Assembly (NCBI GenBank): GCA_963807605.1
Contig: CAWECG010000001.1
Span: 288,001-352,000, forward strand
Origin: Candidatus Bathyarchaeota archaeon
GTDB taxonomy: Archaea; Thermoproteota; Bathyarchaeia; 40CM-2-53-6; RBG-13-38-9
DNA: 64,000 nucleotides
Direction: 5' to 3'
Positions 28,977 to 39,462 of this stretch are shown here, in pieces (the first letter of the stretch is position 1; the number at the start of each line of letters is the position of its first letter). A program made the position numbers and the translations under genes. A model generated the notes under the pieces. That model saw nothing but the letters and a program-made list of their open reading frames with translations, did no database searches and was not told where the DNA came from.

Positions 28977-30596
28977 TTAGATTTCTGATTTCATCCTTAA
29001 CTTTCGATGGTACGTTATGGCGAATCTGTGAGCTTCGTCCCTGATTCTCTGAATGAGATAGAGTCCTTCGGTGTCTTTTGGAAGCTCGACTGGCGTAGGT
29101 TTGTTTTGCAAGTATACTTGTTCCATCCTTTTTGCTAATCCTGCGAGTGGAAGGTCGAGACCTAGTCTGGTCATCGATCTTTGTGCTGCACTCACTTGTG
29201 TCGTTCCGCCGTCAACGATGATGAGGTCTGGGAGGGGGGACTTTTCTTCCAGTAATCGTCTGTATCTTCGATAAACGAGTTCACCGATCATATGAGGGTC
29301 GTCTTGCCCCACGACGGTCTTTATCTTGAACCTTCTGTATTCACTCTTGAGAGGTTCGCCGTTCTGGAAGACGACTAGGGATCCTACTGAGCTTTTGCCA
29401 CCTAGGGTTGAGACGTCGAAGCACTCTATGAGCCTTGGAGCAGTTTCCAAGGCTAATGCCTGCTGCAATTCTTGGATGCCTTTGAGAGTCCTCTTCTTCC
29501 GACCTAACAACTCCTCAAGGTGGGCTTGCGCGTTCTCGACAGCCATTTTGAGAAGCAGCCGCTTCTGTCCCCTTACGCGGTTCACTATAACCGTCTTTGA
29601 CTTGAACCGTTCTAGAAGCCATTCTTGAATGGTTGATACATCTTGAAGTCTGGTTGGGATAATTATTTCTGGCGGCGAAAGGATCCTTTTGGCATAGTAT
29701 TGTTTGATGAAGGAATCTACAATCTCGCTTTTCTCAGCGTCCTGTGAGTTCAACTCATAGGACTCGGAAGAGACTAGTTTACCTGCTTTTACTTGAAGGA
29801 CTTGAACGCAGGCTTCTGACTGAGTCTTTGCAATACCTAGAACATCTAAATCGACAGGTTTGGGGAAGACGACGGCTGTCCCTGCAAGAGTCTTCTCCAA
29901 AGCAGCTAGTCGATCTCTTATTCGTCCCGCTTTCTCATATTCAAGGACCGTTGAAGCTTCTAGCATCTCCTTTTGGAGCTTTCTGATCACCTCGTCGGTC
30001 TTGCCGTCCATGACCAGCAGGAGAGCTTTAACTCGTTCGTTATACTCCTCTTTTGAGATGAGGCCGGCGCATATCCCGCTGCATAGTCCCATCTGATAAT
30101 AGGTGCAGGGACGGCGTCTGGGCCTCTTAGGGTCAAACTTGCAGGCCTTAAGAGGGAAGAGTCTTCTCAGCGTAGTCAGGGACTGACGCATAGCAGCGAC
30201 ATCGGCGTAGGGTCCGTAGTATCGATTATTATCCTTCTTCGGCCGCCGAACGATCGACAGAGTCGGATATTCTTCTTCTAAGCTGAGCTTCAGGTAGGGA
30301 TAGGTTTTGTCGTCTCTTAGGCGAATGTTGTACTTGGGTCTGTACTGTTTGATGAGAATGTTCTCCTCGACGAGAGCCTCTACTTCTGAGCCTGTGATGA
30401 TGTAGTCAATCTTCTTTGTCTCATTCAGAATTAGGGATTCGCGTTGGTTGGTTCTTGATGCCTGGAGGTGATTCTTCACCCTTTCTTTGATGTTGGAGGC
30501 TTTTCCAACATAGAGGACCTCGGAGTTCTTCATAATGTATACTCCGATTTTCTCAGGTAGAGCTTCGACCTGAGCCTCGAAACTAAGGTCAGACAT
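28977..30596 (-). CDS. uvrC: Excinuclease ABC subunit C (no C-terminal HhH domain)
   Basis: GVY...YVGKA GIY-YIG, PKYNIRLRDDKTYPY, IECFDVS, VDGG, RDEAHRFA. Confidence 0.95.
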   Translation of the reverse strand: MSDLSFEAQVEALPEKIGVYIMKNSEVLYVGKASNIKERVKNHLQASRTNQRESLILNETKKIDYIITGSEVEALVEENILIKQYRPKYNIRLRDDKTYPYLKLSLEEEYPTLSIVRRPKKDNNRYYGPYADVAAMRQSLTTLRRLFPLKACKFDPKRPRRRPCTYYQMGLCSGICAGLISKEEYNERVKALLLVMDGKTDEVIRKLQKEMLEASTVLEYEKAGRIRDRLAALEKTLAGTAVVFPKPVDLDVLGIAKTQSEACVQVLQVKAGKLVSSESYELNSQDAEKSEIVDSFIKQYYAKRILSPPEIIIPTRLQDVSTIQEWLLERFKSKTVIVNRVRGQKRLLLKMAVENAQAHLEELLGRKKRTLKGIQELQQALALETAPRLIECFDVSTLGGKSSVGSLVVFQNGEPLKSEYRRFKIKTVVGQDDPHMIGELVYRRYRRLLEEKSPLPDLIIVDGGTTQVSAAQRSMTRLGLDLPLAGLAKRMEQVYLQNKPTPVELPKDTEGLYLIQRIRDEAHRFAITYHRKLRMKSEI

Positions 30597-30751
30597 CCCT
30601 TTAGAAACCAACCTTAAAACCAAAATCATGATTATGTTGTCTTGTCTTTAGGAGTCTTGACCAACTCTCTGAAACATAGACTTACTAATGTCAACATTTC
30701 CTTCTCAGATAGCCCTTGAAAACAATCAAAAGACACCGGTGGTCTTCTGAA

Positions 30752-31312
30752 TTAGTCTGCTAGAAGTTCGTCTGTTCTAGGCTGCTGTATTTTCAACACC
30801 TCCAGACTCTTCAGAGTCGCCTTATGATTCTCCTGCGATGGCGACGAACATGTGTCTGGAGGCACGACAACCTCGTAGCCGAGCTCAAAGGCATCCAGAA
30901 CTGTTTTCAATAAACAGGCTTCTGTACGAATCCCTGTGATTATCAGCCTGCCAATTCTTTTCTCTCGCAGAGTAAAGTCCAAATCCGTGGCATAGAAGGC
31001 GCTCAACATCCTCTTCTCAACTATTACGTCCCCAGGGCGGTTTTTGAGCTCCTCTATGACTTGGGCACCTTCTGTTCCACGTATCGTGTGTGGCGGTATG
31101 CCTAACCGATTGAAGAGCTTATCTTCAACATATCTACTGTCGCAGGCGTAGAATATTGGAGTGCCTTTTCTTCTAGCCCACTCAATTAGGAGGCTGATCT
31201 TTGGTATTATTGGGATGGAGAACCTTCCGACGTTATCTTTCTGCATATCGACTATTATTACGGCTTCTTTCTTTGGTTCCATAGCGAACAGGTCCAGCTG
31301 GGGAAGGGCCAC
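30752..31312 (-). CDS. Isochorismatase-family cysteine hydrolase
   Basis: IVDMQKD, EKRMLSAFYATDL, GIRTEAC. Confidence 0.88.
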   Translation of the reverse strand: MALPQLDLFAMEPKKEAVIIVDMQKDNVGRFSIPIIPKISLLIEWARRKGTPIFYACDSRYVEDKLFNRLGIPPHTIRGTEGAQVIEELKNRPGDVIVEKRMLSAFYATDLDFTLREKRIGRLIITGIRTEACLLKTVLDAFELGYEVVVPPDTCSSPSQENHKATLKSLEVLKIQQPRTDELLAD

Positions 31313-31367
31313 TCTTCTACAGGCGATCTTTGATGGTAGCGGAACCGTATAAAGCCTGGGTCTTCAT

Positions 31368-31802
31368 CTACAGAATGTAAAAACTGATGTATACAACTAG
31401 TCCTAGCAAAAATGCCAAAGCCCAGATTGCGAAGGTTGTTCGCATAAGATACTTTACGTTTGTTCCCATTTTGGAGCCGCAGGGTCGCAGAGCAGCGACC
31501 AGGGAGATACCGAGTATCTCACCAGTTATTCCGAAGATAGGATGCAGGATTGTTATTTCGCTTCGTGGTTGTGCTATGGTTGATGCTAAGAAACTGAAAC
31601 TTGAAAAAAGTCGGGGGGCCATGATAAGCAGTATCGACAATGCATTGAGTATGATTGCCAAGCCCATTATTTTGCCGTGAACCCTGTACTGCATCTTTCG
31701 TTTGGCGTAATACGCTCCGGTAAAGAGGATGATGATGATTACTATTTGGAGAATAAGATTCAGATCGTAAACGAACCCGGCCCTGGTACCTAGAATCGAC
31801 AT
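31368..31802 (-). CDS. Four-TM membrane protein (DUF420-like)
   Basis: Four hydrophobic helices with His residues (HGKIM, HPIFG). Confidence 0.6.
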   Translation of the reverse strand: MSILGTRAGFVYDLNLILQIVIIIILFTGAYYAKRKMQYRVHGKIMGLAIILNALSILLIMAPRLFSSFSFLASTIAQPRSEITILHPIFGITGEILGISLVAALRPCGSKMGTNVKYLMRTTFAIWALAFLLGLVVYISFYIL

Positions 31803-31901
31803 TCAGGTTACAATATAGTTTCTGTGCATTGAGTCTTTTATGACTTGTCGTGAGTCCGAACGGTTTCCCTCCGTATCTGCAACTGATCTTTTGAGGGATC
31901 G

Positions 31902-32576
31902 TTATTCTGAACTGATCTTTCCACCACAGAACCTTAGAATGTAGCTTGTTGCTACCTCTCCAGCCTCTTCGAGGATGTCGGGTTCTATTCCGGGCACACC
32001 ACACACGAGCATAAGAACTTTAGTCGTTGAGTTCGAGATCTTTGATGTTTCAGCATCTCGATGAGGATAGATCGCCACGAGCTTCTCTGAATCCGAGATT
32101 ACAACCTCGATTCCGGTTAATTTAATGGGTTTATTCATTCCTATTCCCAGAAATTCCTCGCCTTCCTTAGCCCATCTCATCAGAAGATCGCCTTTGAGTC
32201 TGTCTCGAGTGAAGGCTGCAAGTGCTATCTCGGTCTTGATAGATGCCAGGTTATAGGCGTCGACGAGGTTGTTTATCCTTGGCAGCGTTCTCCCTGAGAG
32301 AATCCTTCTTATTAGAGCCTCGGCTGCTGGCCTAACTTTCGTAGGGTCTATTCCCACTCTCCAGAAGAAGTCTCTATAGAGCCTGAGGATAGGTACGTCC
32401 TTCAAAGAATCGAGAGTATACTTCTGCCTGACCTCAATAGAAAATCCTTCGTAAGCCTTCTGAAACTTGGTACCACTATCTGCAACTTTGACGCCATCGA
32501 TATAGGCTACGAGAGCTCGCAGTCCTGGAAACTGCTCTTTCAGATCTTGGCTGGCTTGTAGAAGCATCTTAACCAC
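31902..32576 (-). CDS. Stand-alone B3/B4 (PheRS-beta editing-like) domain protein
   Basis: YRDFFWRVGIDPTKVRPAAEALIRR, INNLVDAYNLAS. Confidence 0.88.
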   Translation of the reverse strand: MVKMLLQASQDLKEQFPGLRALVAYIDGVKVADSGTKFQKAYEGFSIEVRQKYTLDSLKDVPILRLYRDFFWRVGIDPTKVRPAAEALIRRILSGRTLPRINNLVDAYNLASIKTEIALAAFTRDRLKGDLLMRWAKEGEEFLGIGMNKPIKLTGIEVVISDSEKLVAIYPHRDAETSKISNSTTKVLMLVCGVPGIEPDILEEAGEVATSYILRFCGGKISSE

Positions 32577-32644
32577 GAGACGTTAGACTACTCGCAGGTT
32601 CAATTTCTTGTGACATCAATGTCTTTTCGTGAAAAACAAGGAAG

Positions 32645-34597
32645 TCATTTCTTGAGTCGTGTCAGCCTCAATATGTTGAGTAGAGTGAGCAGGGTCACTC
32701 CATCGTCACCTGCCACTACTGTAAACCATAATGGTGCGATACCCAGCAGACCCAGTATGCCCAGCGCCACCTTTGTTGCGAGTGATACGGCAGTATTCTG
32801 TTTCGCCACTTCCATCGTAAGATCGCTCAATTCTAACAGGTAGGGTATTCTCACTAACTCGTCTTTGACAAGCACCACATCCGCCGATTCAAGCGCAACG
32901 TCGACTCCAGAACCTCCCATGGCTATACCAACATCTGAGGCTGCAAGAGCGGGAGCATCATTTATTCCGTCTCCCACCATCGCAACGAGTCCGTATCTTG
33001 CTCTCAGTTCATCGACGATCTTCAGTTTCTCTTCGGGCAGGACCTCTGCCTTATACTCGTCAGGCTGAAGTTGTTGAGCAATCCTCTTGGCAGCCTCTTC
33101 TGTATCGCCAGTTAACATGACAGTGTGTATTCCTTTAGCTTTGAGTAGTTTGATAGCCTCTGCCGCATCGTCTCTAGTCTTGTCTTCTAGACAAATGGTT
33201 CCTGTGAATACTCCGTCCACGGAAACACATATTCTGCTATGCAGATCACATCTTGCTAGGGTGTCAAAGTCAGGTTCCATCTTGGATAGCTTCTCCTTCA
33301 TAAACTCGGTATTCCCGATGGCGATCTTCATTCCGTTCACAAACCCTTCGACCCCCTTTCCCGGCATCTCAACCAATCCCTCGACTTTCGTAGTTGAGAT
33401 GCCCACGCCTTTGTTTACTGCTTGTCTAACTATGGCCTCGGCGACGGGGTGGGTCGAGTATCTTTCTAGAGCTGCTGCATAGTTTAGAACGGACGTGCTC
33501 TTATCGCGAAGCTCGATGTCGGTGACTTCAAGTCTGCCGAGTGTGAGAGTGCCTGTCTTGTCGAAGACCACTGTCTTGACTTTTTGCAGTTTTTCAAGGT
33601 AGACTCCGCCTTTTATTATGACTCCATCTCTTGCCGCCACTGTTGTCGAGGTAAAGATGGTTGCTGGAACAGAAACTATGAACGCACTAGGGCAGGAGAC
33701 GACAAGAAGGATCAAAGCTCGATAGATCCAAGTCGTGGGGTTGCCGTTGAGAAAGATTGGAAAGAGCAGGGCAACGCCCGCGGCCATGACTATCACTATT
33801 GGAACATATATCTTCGCGAATCTGTCCACAAACCTCTCGACATTGGCTTTCCTTCTTCTTGACTGAATTACCAGTTTCACTATTCTAGAGACAAGCGTCT
33901 CTTCAGCTATCTTCGTCACTCTGATCTGTAGAACACTGCCGCTGTTCTGTGAGCCTGCAAATACATCATCACCCGTTCTCTTCAGGACAGGCTTAGATTC
34001 GCCTGTTAAGATTGACTGGTCTACGTGGGAGATGCCACTGACGACTCTACCGTCTAAAGGAATTCTCTCCCCTGGTTTGACCAGAATGATCTCGCCGGGA
34101 AGGATCTCCTTAATGTTGACTTCTTTTTCCATGCCGTCTTTAAGTCTGCTCGCTGTGTCAGGGATATAGCCGGAGAGTGCCTCTACTGTCCTCCTCGCCC
34201 TATCCTCGATGTAGTCTTCAAAATGTTCCGCAAGTGAATAGAAGAATAGCACAATGGCTCCTTCAAGCAGGTAATTGATTAGAGCGGCTCCTATGGCAGC
34301 AATGGCCATTAGAAACTCAACTGAGAAGCGTCTCTCCCAGAGTAACTCTTTCAGCCCAATGTAGCCGACAAAGATTCCGCCGCCAAAGATCGCGCTATAA
34401 TATAACAATGCGGAGACGGTTGCCGGTCTGTACAGAAGAGGTACTGTAAATCCTAAGGGGATACCTTCGAAGAACCAGTTGAAGGCGGTCGATACTAGGA
34501 TGGTCGCGGCGAATATTACCGCGAGATAGAGCCAACTTGGACCTTTTTCTTCGATTGACCCTCTTTCTAGGCTTTTATCTGAATACACGATTAGCAA
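32645..34597 (-). CDS. Heavy-metal P1B-type ATPase
   Basis: TGES, SCPS, DKTGTLT, HP, TGD, GDGINDAP. Confidence 0.93.
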   Translation of the reverse strand: MLIVYSDKSLERGSIEEKGPSWLYLAVIFAATILVSTAFNWFFEGIPLGFTVPLLYRPATVSALLYYSAIFGGGIFVGYIGLKELLWERRFSVEFLMAIAAIGAALINYLLEGAIVLFFYSLAEHFEDYIEDRARRTVEALSGYIPDTASRLKDGMEKEVNIKEILPGEIILVKPGERIPLDGRVVSGISHVDQSILTGESKPVLKRTGDDVFAGSQNSGSVLQIRVTKIAEETLVSRIVKLVIQSRRRKANVERFVDRFAKIYVPIVIVMAAGVALLFPIFLNGNPTTWIYRALILLVVSCPSAFIVSVPATIFTSTTVAARDGVIIKGGVYLEKLQKVKTVVFDKTGTLTLGRLEVTDIELRDKSTSVLNYAAALERYSTHPVAEAIVRQAVNKGVGISTTKVEGLVEMPGKGVEGFVNGMKIAIGNTEFMKEKLSKMEPDFDTLARCDLHSRICVSVDGVFTGTICLEDKTRDDAAEAIKLLKAKGIHTVMLTGDTEEAAKRIAQQLQPDEYKAEVLPEEKLKIVDELRARYGLVAMVGDGINDAPALAASDVGIAMGGSGVDVALESADVVLVKDELVRIPYLLELSDLTMEVAKQNTAVSLATKVALGILGLLGIAPLWFTVVAGDDGVTLLTLLNILRLTRLKK

Positions 34598-34678
34598 GCC
34601 TTCTCGAATTTGGCTATTAACTCATTGCAGGGCAGACGCGACCCATCACACTGAGTTCGCTAATTCCCTCCGGCGTAT

Positions 34679-35632
34679 TCAAGGGATATTGCAGATTTTC
34701 CTTATCATCTCATGGGTTTGATTGGGGGGCGGTGTTGCATTTACCATGTAGGTCTCAACTCGATCTAACAATTTCTTGTAGAAAACCCTCCTGAGTTCTC
34801 TCTTTCGGTCTGATCTGACTAAGAGATGGGGGTTACAGAAATTCTGCGCTTCTAGGAACTCGAGGGCTTGAGCTGGATCTATTCGTTTCGCCCTTGCTTC
34901 ATCCTTGGGATCTCGCTTGAGAAGTATTATTTTTCTTATCGTTGCGAACGGAACTACCCGACCTTTACCTACGATCCATCGGACATCGAGGATGGCTCGC
35001 CCTTGAGGATCAACTTCTGCGGTCTCAACCAATTCTTTATACTCGTCCCAATTCTGCGCCACATCCGCGGGTGTGTAGAAGTTCTTTTCAGAGCCGTATG
35101 CGAGTGCGTCACCGTCTGAAAATCTTACGAAGAACCAATCGTCCGATAGTATTCTGACCTTAGAAATACGAAGCATGCCGTAAGTGTGTGTTGTCTTTCC
35201 CGTTCCAGGAGGTGCTATTAGGCATATCCCATGGCCGTCTAGGTCCATGCATGCTCCGTGGACGCTGTTTATGTCATGCTCATCCTCCAGTATATCCCCT
35301 GCTGTGGCTAATGCCAAAGATTTGACCCAGCCGTAATAGTCCACATTGATTAGGAAGGCGGTCTTCGAGAGAGGATCGTAGAGGACAGTTAGGGGTCTAT
35401 CTTTCTCCTCGACGACTATTAGTCTACCGTGAGACCTGACGTGTGCGGACATCGGATAGAAGTTATCGTCCCACCTCTCATGGACGTATTTGGAATTTGT
35501 TAGAAGTTTGATGCAACATCCGTAGATGTCGGCCCTCTCCTCATAATGAACCTCTTTAGAGTAGAGGTGCATCAATTCGTCCTTGCGTTCTATACTGATC
35601 AGTTCAACTTCATACTTCGAAGGCAAAACCAT
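34679..35632 (-). CDS. HPr kinase/PEPCK-like P-loop protein
   Basis: VHGAC, APPGTGKTT Walker A, ILSDDW. Confidence 0.7.
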   Translation of the reverse strand: MVLPSKYEVELISIERKDELMHLYSKEVHYEERADIYGCCIKLLTNSKYVHERWDDNFYPMSAHVRSHGRLIVVEEKDRPLTVLYDPLSKTAFLINVDYYGWVKSLALATAGDILEDEHDINSVHGACMDLDGHGICLIAPPGTGKTTHTYGMLRISKVRILSDDWFFVRFSDGDALAYGSEKNFYTPADVAQNWDEYKELVETAEVDPQGRAILDVRWIVGKGRVVPFATIRKIILLKRDPKDEARAKRIDPAQALEFLEAQNFCNPHLLVRSDRKRELRRVFYKKLLDRVETYMVNATPPPNQTHEMIRKICNIP

Positions 35633-35822
35633 CTTAGAACAACCTGTTGCGGTGCAGTGCTGAGTCGTGAGAAGACATTCCTACTCATGCCATCCAATTG
35701 ACATGAGCCAAAGAGATATCCCTCTCTTATATCAGATGCTCCTTTACACTCTCAGATAACTGAAAGGATTAATTAATTGTTTCCAAAAAATAGGGAAGTT
35801 TACACGCGCAGGTCAGCGGTTG

Positions 35823-35975
35823 TTATGCCTTGACTAGGTGTCGGCGTAAGGCGTCAGGGCAGGTGCAGGGTCCACCGGACTTTCTGCAATAGACGCCTCT
35901 GCCATCCTTTGTTACTATAAGGGCGAGGCACTCTATCCTCCTAACCCCATTCTGAAGGATACTCACGGTCGCCAA
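35823..35975 (-). CDS. Putative 50-aa Cys-rich microprotein (not in the ORF track)
   Basis: GGGGGG RBS-like run then TTG; MATVSILQNGVRRIECLALIVTKDGRGVYCRKSGGPCTCPDALRRHLVKA. Confidence 0.5.
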   Translation of the reverse strand: MATVSILQNGVRRIECLALIVTKDGRGVYCRKSGGPCTCPDALRRHLVKA

Positions 35976-36096
35976 TCGAATCCCCCCGCAAAGACTCTGT
36001 TGGTTAGAGTATTATTCGAGAGAGGAAAGTGAAAGTATTCGACCTCGCACAGTCCGCCGGTTTGTTATAGTAAGCTTGGGAAGCTGCCCGTCTACA

Positions 36097-36888
36097 CTAC
36101 CCTTTCTCATTCTTCTTGTAGGTCTTTAATTCCATCTTTCCCTGATCTATCTTCACGTAGGTGTTCTGGATCGGGGCGTCCGAGACCCAACTTCCAGTGT
36201 TGGCAACTTGTTCTTCCATGAAGGGTCGATGTGTATGGCCGAAGATCAGTTTTCCATTTCGTGGAAGCCCTAGAAACAGATCTTTTACGCTGGATCGGGC
36301 CAGTTGCTCGACTTTGTGCATGTCTCTGCGGCTCTCAGGGACATCGGTTATCGAGGTGATTGTCTGTTGTCGCCTATCTCCTTTTTTAAAGCTGAGATGA
36401 ATTGTATCCCAGAGGATGCTGAGTATATCGCCGACGAAGTCCCCGGTTCTCTGGCAGAGGGAGACGCATAGTGATTCGTATTCTTCGATTGTGAGGGGTT
36501 CGAAGACTGCCAGGGCCTCAAGTTGGTAGCCATGAATGAAGTTATAGACGACGCCATTGTCTTCAAGTCTCAGACTTTTTCTAACATCGAAGAGCTGATT
36601 CTCAGGAAGCTTCAATGTGATTAAGGTGTAGTCGTGATTTCCAACAATGTAATGGATTTTGGCATCGAGAGTCTCCAACATGTTGAATATGAGTTCGTTC
36701 TCAAGGGCAACTGACACATTGGTTCTTCTCCAGAAGTCCAGTATGTCGCCCAGAAGGACGAGATGATCGTTTGAGCCTAGCGGCTTGCAGACTTCTTCGA
36801 TGAAATCTAGGAAGATTTGCCTGTTGGAGCTTTGGTAGCCTAGATGAACATCGGAAGCGACTATTATCAGAAGAATCGCCTTAGCCAA
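36097..36888 (-). CDS. Calcineurin-like metallophosphoesterase
   Basis: SDVHLG, GDILD, GNHD, HG, GHTH, NTGSW. Confidence 0.88.
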   Translation of the reverse strand: MAKAILLIIVASDVHLGYQSSNRQIFLDFIEEVCKPLGSNDHLVLLGDILDFWRRTNVSVALENELIFNMLETLDAKIHYIVGNHDYTLITLKLPENQLFDVRKSLRLEDNGVVYNFIHGYQLEALAVFEPLTIEEYESLCVSLCQRTGDFVGDILSILWDTIHLSFKKGDRRQQTITSITDVPESRRDMHKVEQLARSSVKDLFLGLPRNGKLIFGHTHRPFMEEQVANTGSWVSDAPIQNTYVKIDQGKMELKTYKKNEKG

Positions 36889-37100
36889 AAATAGTGCATC
36901 ATGATTCTTTTAAGTGATTTTTCGCGGAGATCGCGATTACTACCAGCAACATTGCTGAGCTCGCTCAGTCAGAGTGTCTCTAGCTTAAGACAGGCTTAAG
37001 AATTGACAAGCGCGCTCAAAACGTGCTACCGCTGAAAAGATCCTGGAGAAAGGTTTCAATAGACTGACATGTTTCATATTACACGGGAAGTGTATCTTCA

Positions 37101-37760
37101 ATGAGTCTTGACTCTGAACTCATAAGAAGCTTGAGTGTCTTTGACACCTCAAAGCTGTCGGATATCCTGGACGATCTTGGATGCAGAGCATCTATGACAG
37201 CTACGGTTAAGCCTCTTTGGGAAGGCTTGCAGGTGTGTGGTCCTGCAGTCACAGTTGAGGCCGTTCCAAGCACAAGCTCCAGCACTGGACCTAAGCTTTT
37301 TGAAGCCATCGATTCATGTCGCAGAGGCGATGTGATTGTGGTAGGCGTGAACGAGGATATCTCGTGCGACAGCTGGGGAGGGCTTGTCACCCGTTGTGCG
37401 ATGGCCAGGGAAGTTGCCGGTGTCGTAACTGATGGGCCTGCGAGAGACTATAAAGAAATCAAGGAGTCAAGGTTTCCAGTCTTCTCAAAAGGCTTGGTCC
37501 CGACATCACCGAAAGGAAGGAGGATCTATACTGACTTCAACATTCCAATAATATGTGGAGGAGTCAGAGTAAACCCTCAAGATATAATATTAGGCGATGA
37601 CGACGGAGTCGTCGTGATTCCTAGGGAGAAAGTTTCCATCGTAAGAGATATGGCGGTAAGAACGTCGCAAGCCGAGCAAGCAATAATCAAGGCTATAGAG
37701 CAGGGAGCACCAGCTAAAGAAGCCTTGACAATGAAGTTTGAAGGAATAGACATAATATAG
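37101..37760 (+). CDS. RraA/HMG-CHA aldolase family protein
   Basis: GPAVTV, WGGL, DGPARD, GDDDGVVVIP. Confidence 0.88.
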   Translation: MSLDSELIRSLSVFDTSKLSDILDDLGCRASMTATVKPLWEGLQVCGPAVTVEAVPSTSSSTGPKLFEAIDSCRRGDVIVVGVNEDISCDSWGGLVTRCAMAREVAGVVTDGPARDYKEIKESRFPVFSKGLVPTSPKGRRIYTDFNIPIICGGVRVNPQDIILGDDDGVVVIPREKVSIVRDMAVRTSQAEQAIIKAIEQGAPAKEALTMKFEGIDII

Positions 37761-38153
37761 CACAGACCATGTATCGCCCTATCTCGTCTTTATTTGGATG
37801 ATTCATCGTTGCCTAGATCGGCGCCTGGACTGAAGGACATGGGCATCGACTGAGAAACAAAAACACAATCTTATCCTAGAAGGACCTTCAAGACGCTTGA
37901 TTTCGAATTAACGTCTCCGTTGAAAGCTCCATATGGAATCTGACTTGTTCATTGTGAACCTCATGTTTTCGTCAAGTTTTCTTTGCTGTTTTGTCTATCT
38001 TTCGCATGAGGATGTCTCCATCTGTCAGGCTTAGTCCTAGGTAATTGCCTTCTTTGATGTTTAGCTGCTAGGCAACTTGTATGGGTGTTTCGCTCTTCTC
38101 TCTGGCTTTTATTCCCTCGAATTCTTGATCAAGGGCTGTTAGAGGTATGGTGT

Positions 38154-38348
38154 ATGAATCCGGATCCGTCGCATAAGATTATCAGAATACCGATTGTGAG
38201 GGACTATGAGGTTGTGTACTGTGACTACTGCGGCATCTTTGCAACTCATCCGGAGATTGAGAGGCCATGCAAGCGTAAGCCTGACCTGCTTGCGAAGCTG
38301 AAACGACTGGAGAGTCTTAACGGTCGGAGTGTCCATCTTATAGTCTAG
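38154..38348 (+). CDS. Small hypothetical protein, possible zinc ligands
   Basis: GAGGT RBS; H...CDYC...C. Confidence 0.4.
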   Translation: MNPDPSHKIIRIPIVRDYEVVYCDYCGIFATHPEIERPCKRKPDLLAKLKRLESLNGRSVHLIV

Positions 38349-38351
38349 GTT

Positions 38352-39410
38352 TTAGATGTCATTCTGACCTTTTTCGGTTTTGTCTTTGCTTTCGATTGAT
38401 CCATCGTCATCAAGCGTGGTCAAGTTCAGAGAATATATCCCCTTTCCTTGGTTCTGTTGTTTTTGTTTGTATCGTCTTATGAGCTCATCCAAGTCCAATT
38501 TCCACTCGTCCCTTTCGTCGTAGCTATCCCTAGGAAACATCATTCTACTAGGTATGCTCAGGTTAGGGGTCCCCCTATCATTTCTTTCTCTTTCAACGAT
38601 GTCCCAAGGATCGACTAGGCTTTGGAAGTGTGGGTATGATTCGTCCCCTGTGAATTCCATCATCATAATGTTATTCCGCCATTGGGCGTTGTGGTAGATT
38701 AGGTCTTTGCTTTTGACATGTTCCATCTTGCTAAGGACGTATCTATGGTTCTGTGTTAGAAAATGCCCCTTTTCTTTCGCCAGTTTTGCGTCTTCAAGGA
38801 GGGGGTGGGATGGGATCCTTATAATACTCAAGTATGCGTCGTGAGTGAGTCCGATCTTATCACCTATCTCCTTATCGAGATGTTTGCGAAGCTCCTCTTC
38901 AAGTCCTCCTATGAGATCCTCAAAGTCTTCAAGCTTGCCAGCATAATGGAACTCAGTATATGCCAAGTCGAAAGCTTCTACGATGAGGTCTAGCACAAGT
39001 TTAGTCTCTTCGTCAGGTGACTCAGCACGACAGAGAGCTTGAGCTATCTCTTTCAGATGGCCTAATGTGTGGCTTATTCCTAGGATAACTTCGCCTGCTT
39101 TAGTAATGTCCACAAGTTTTACTCCGTATCTGCGAGTTTTCCCCGACTTCTTAGAAGCCCTGGTTATAGCCCCTTTGGCTGTGTCACAGTATCCCTGATT
39201 CCGCAGCCACTTGAATAGAGGGTGGTACCTATGTGGGTCCATCTTGACCTGCTTTCGCAGTTCTGTTGCCTTGAGTTGAACGTGCTTTAGGTTGCACGTC
39301 CGAATGTGTTCTAGAATTTTCAGGGCACTCGACTGTAGCTCTGGTGGCAAGTACCTGATGGAAGATTTGCCCTTTAGAGTGTCGGCGAGTTCCTGAATAT
39401 TAGTTGGCAA
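38352..39410 (-). CDS. Hypothetical protein, possible winged-helix N-terminal half (TTG start)
   Basis: Long ORF divergent from the AbrB-like gene; LRNQGY...ITKAG pattern. Confidence 0.55.
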   Translation of the reverse strand: MPTNIQELADTLKGKSSIRYLPPELQSSALKILEHIRTCNLKHVQLKATELRKQVKMDPHRYHPLFKWLRNQGYCDTAKGAITRASKKSGKTRRYGVKLVDITKAGEVILGISHTLGHLKEIAQALCRAESPDEETKLVLDLIVEAFDLAYTEFHYAGKLEDFEDLIGGLEEELRKHLDKEIGDKIGLTHDAYLSIIRIPSHPLLEDAKLAKEKGHFLTQNHRYVLSKMEHVKSKDLIYHNAQWRNNIMMMEFTGDESYPHFQSLVDPWDIVERERNDRGTPNLSIPSRMMFPRDSYDERDEWKLDLDELIRRYKQKQQNQGKGIYSLNLTTLDDDGSIESKDKTEKGQNDI

Positions 39411-39462
39411 TTGTGTTCCAAACAATAAGTGGAATACAGATATAGATATTCTTTGAATAAAC

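Noticed and set aside
36021-36035. GAGGAAAGT as the RNase P RNA conserved region I
   Set aside because: It is not followed by CC, there is no matching 3' conserved region, and there is no room before the next gene.
37840-38030. Possible RelE-like toxin remnant on the minus strand
   Set aside because: Only scattered residues across different frames; unsupported without BLASTX.
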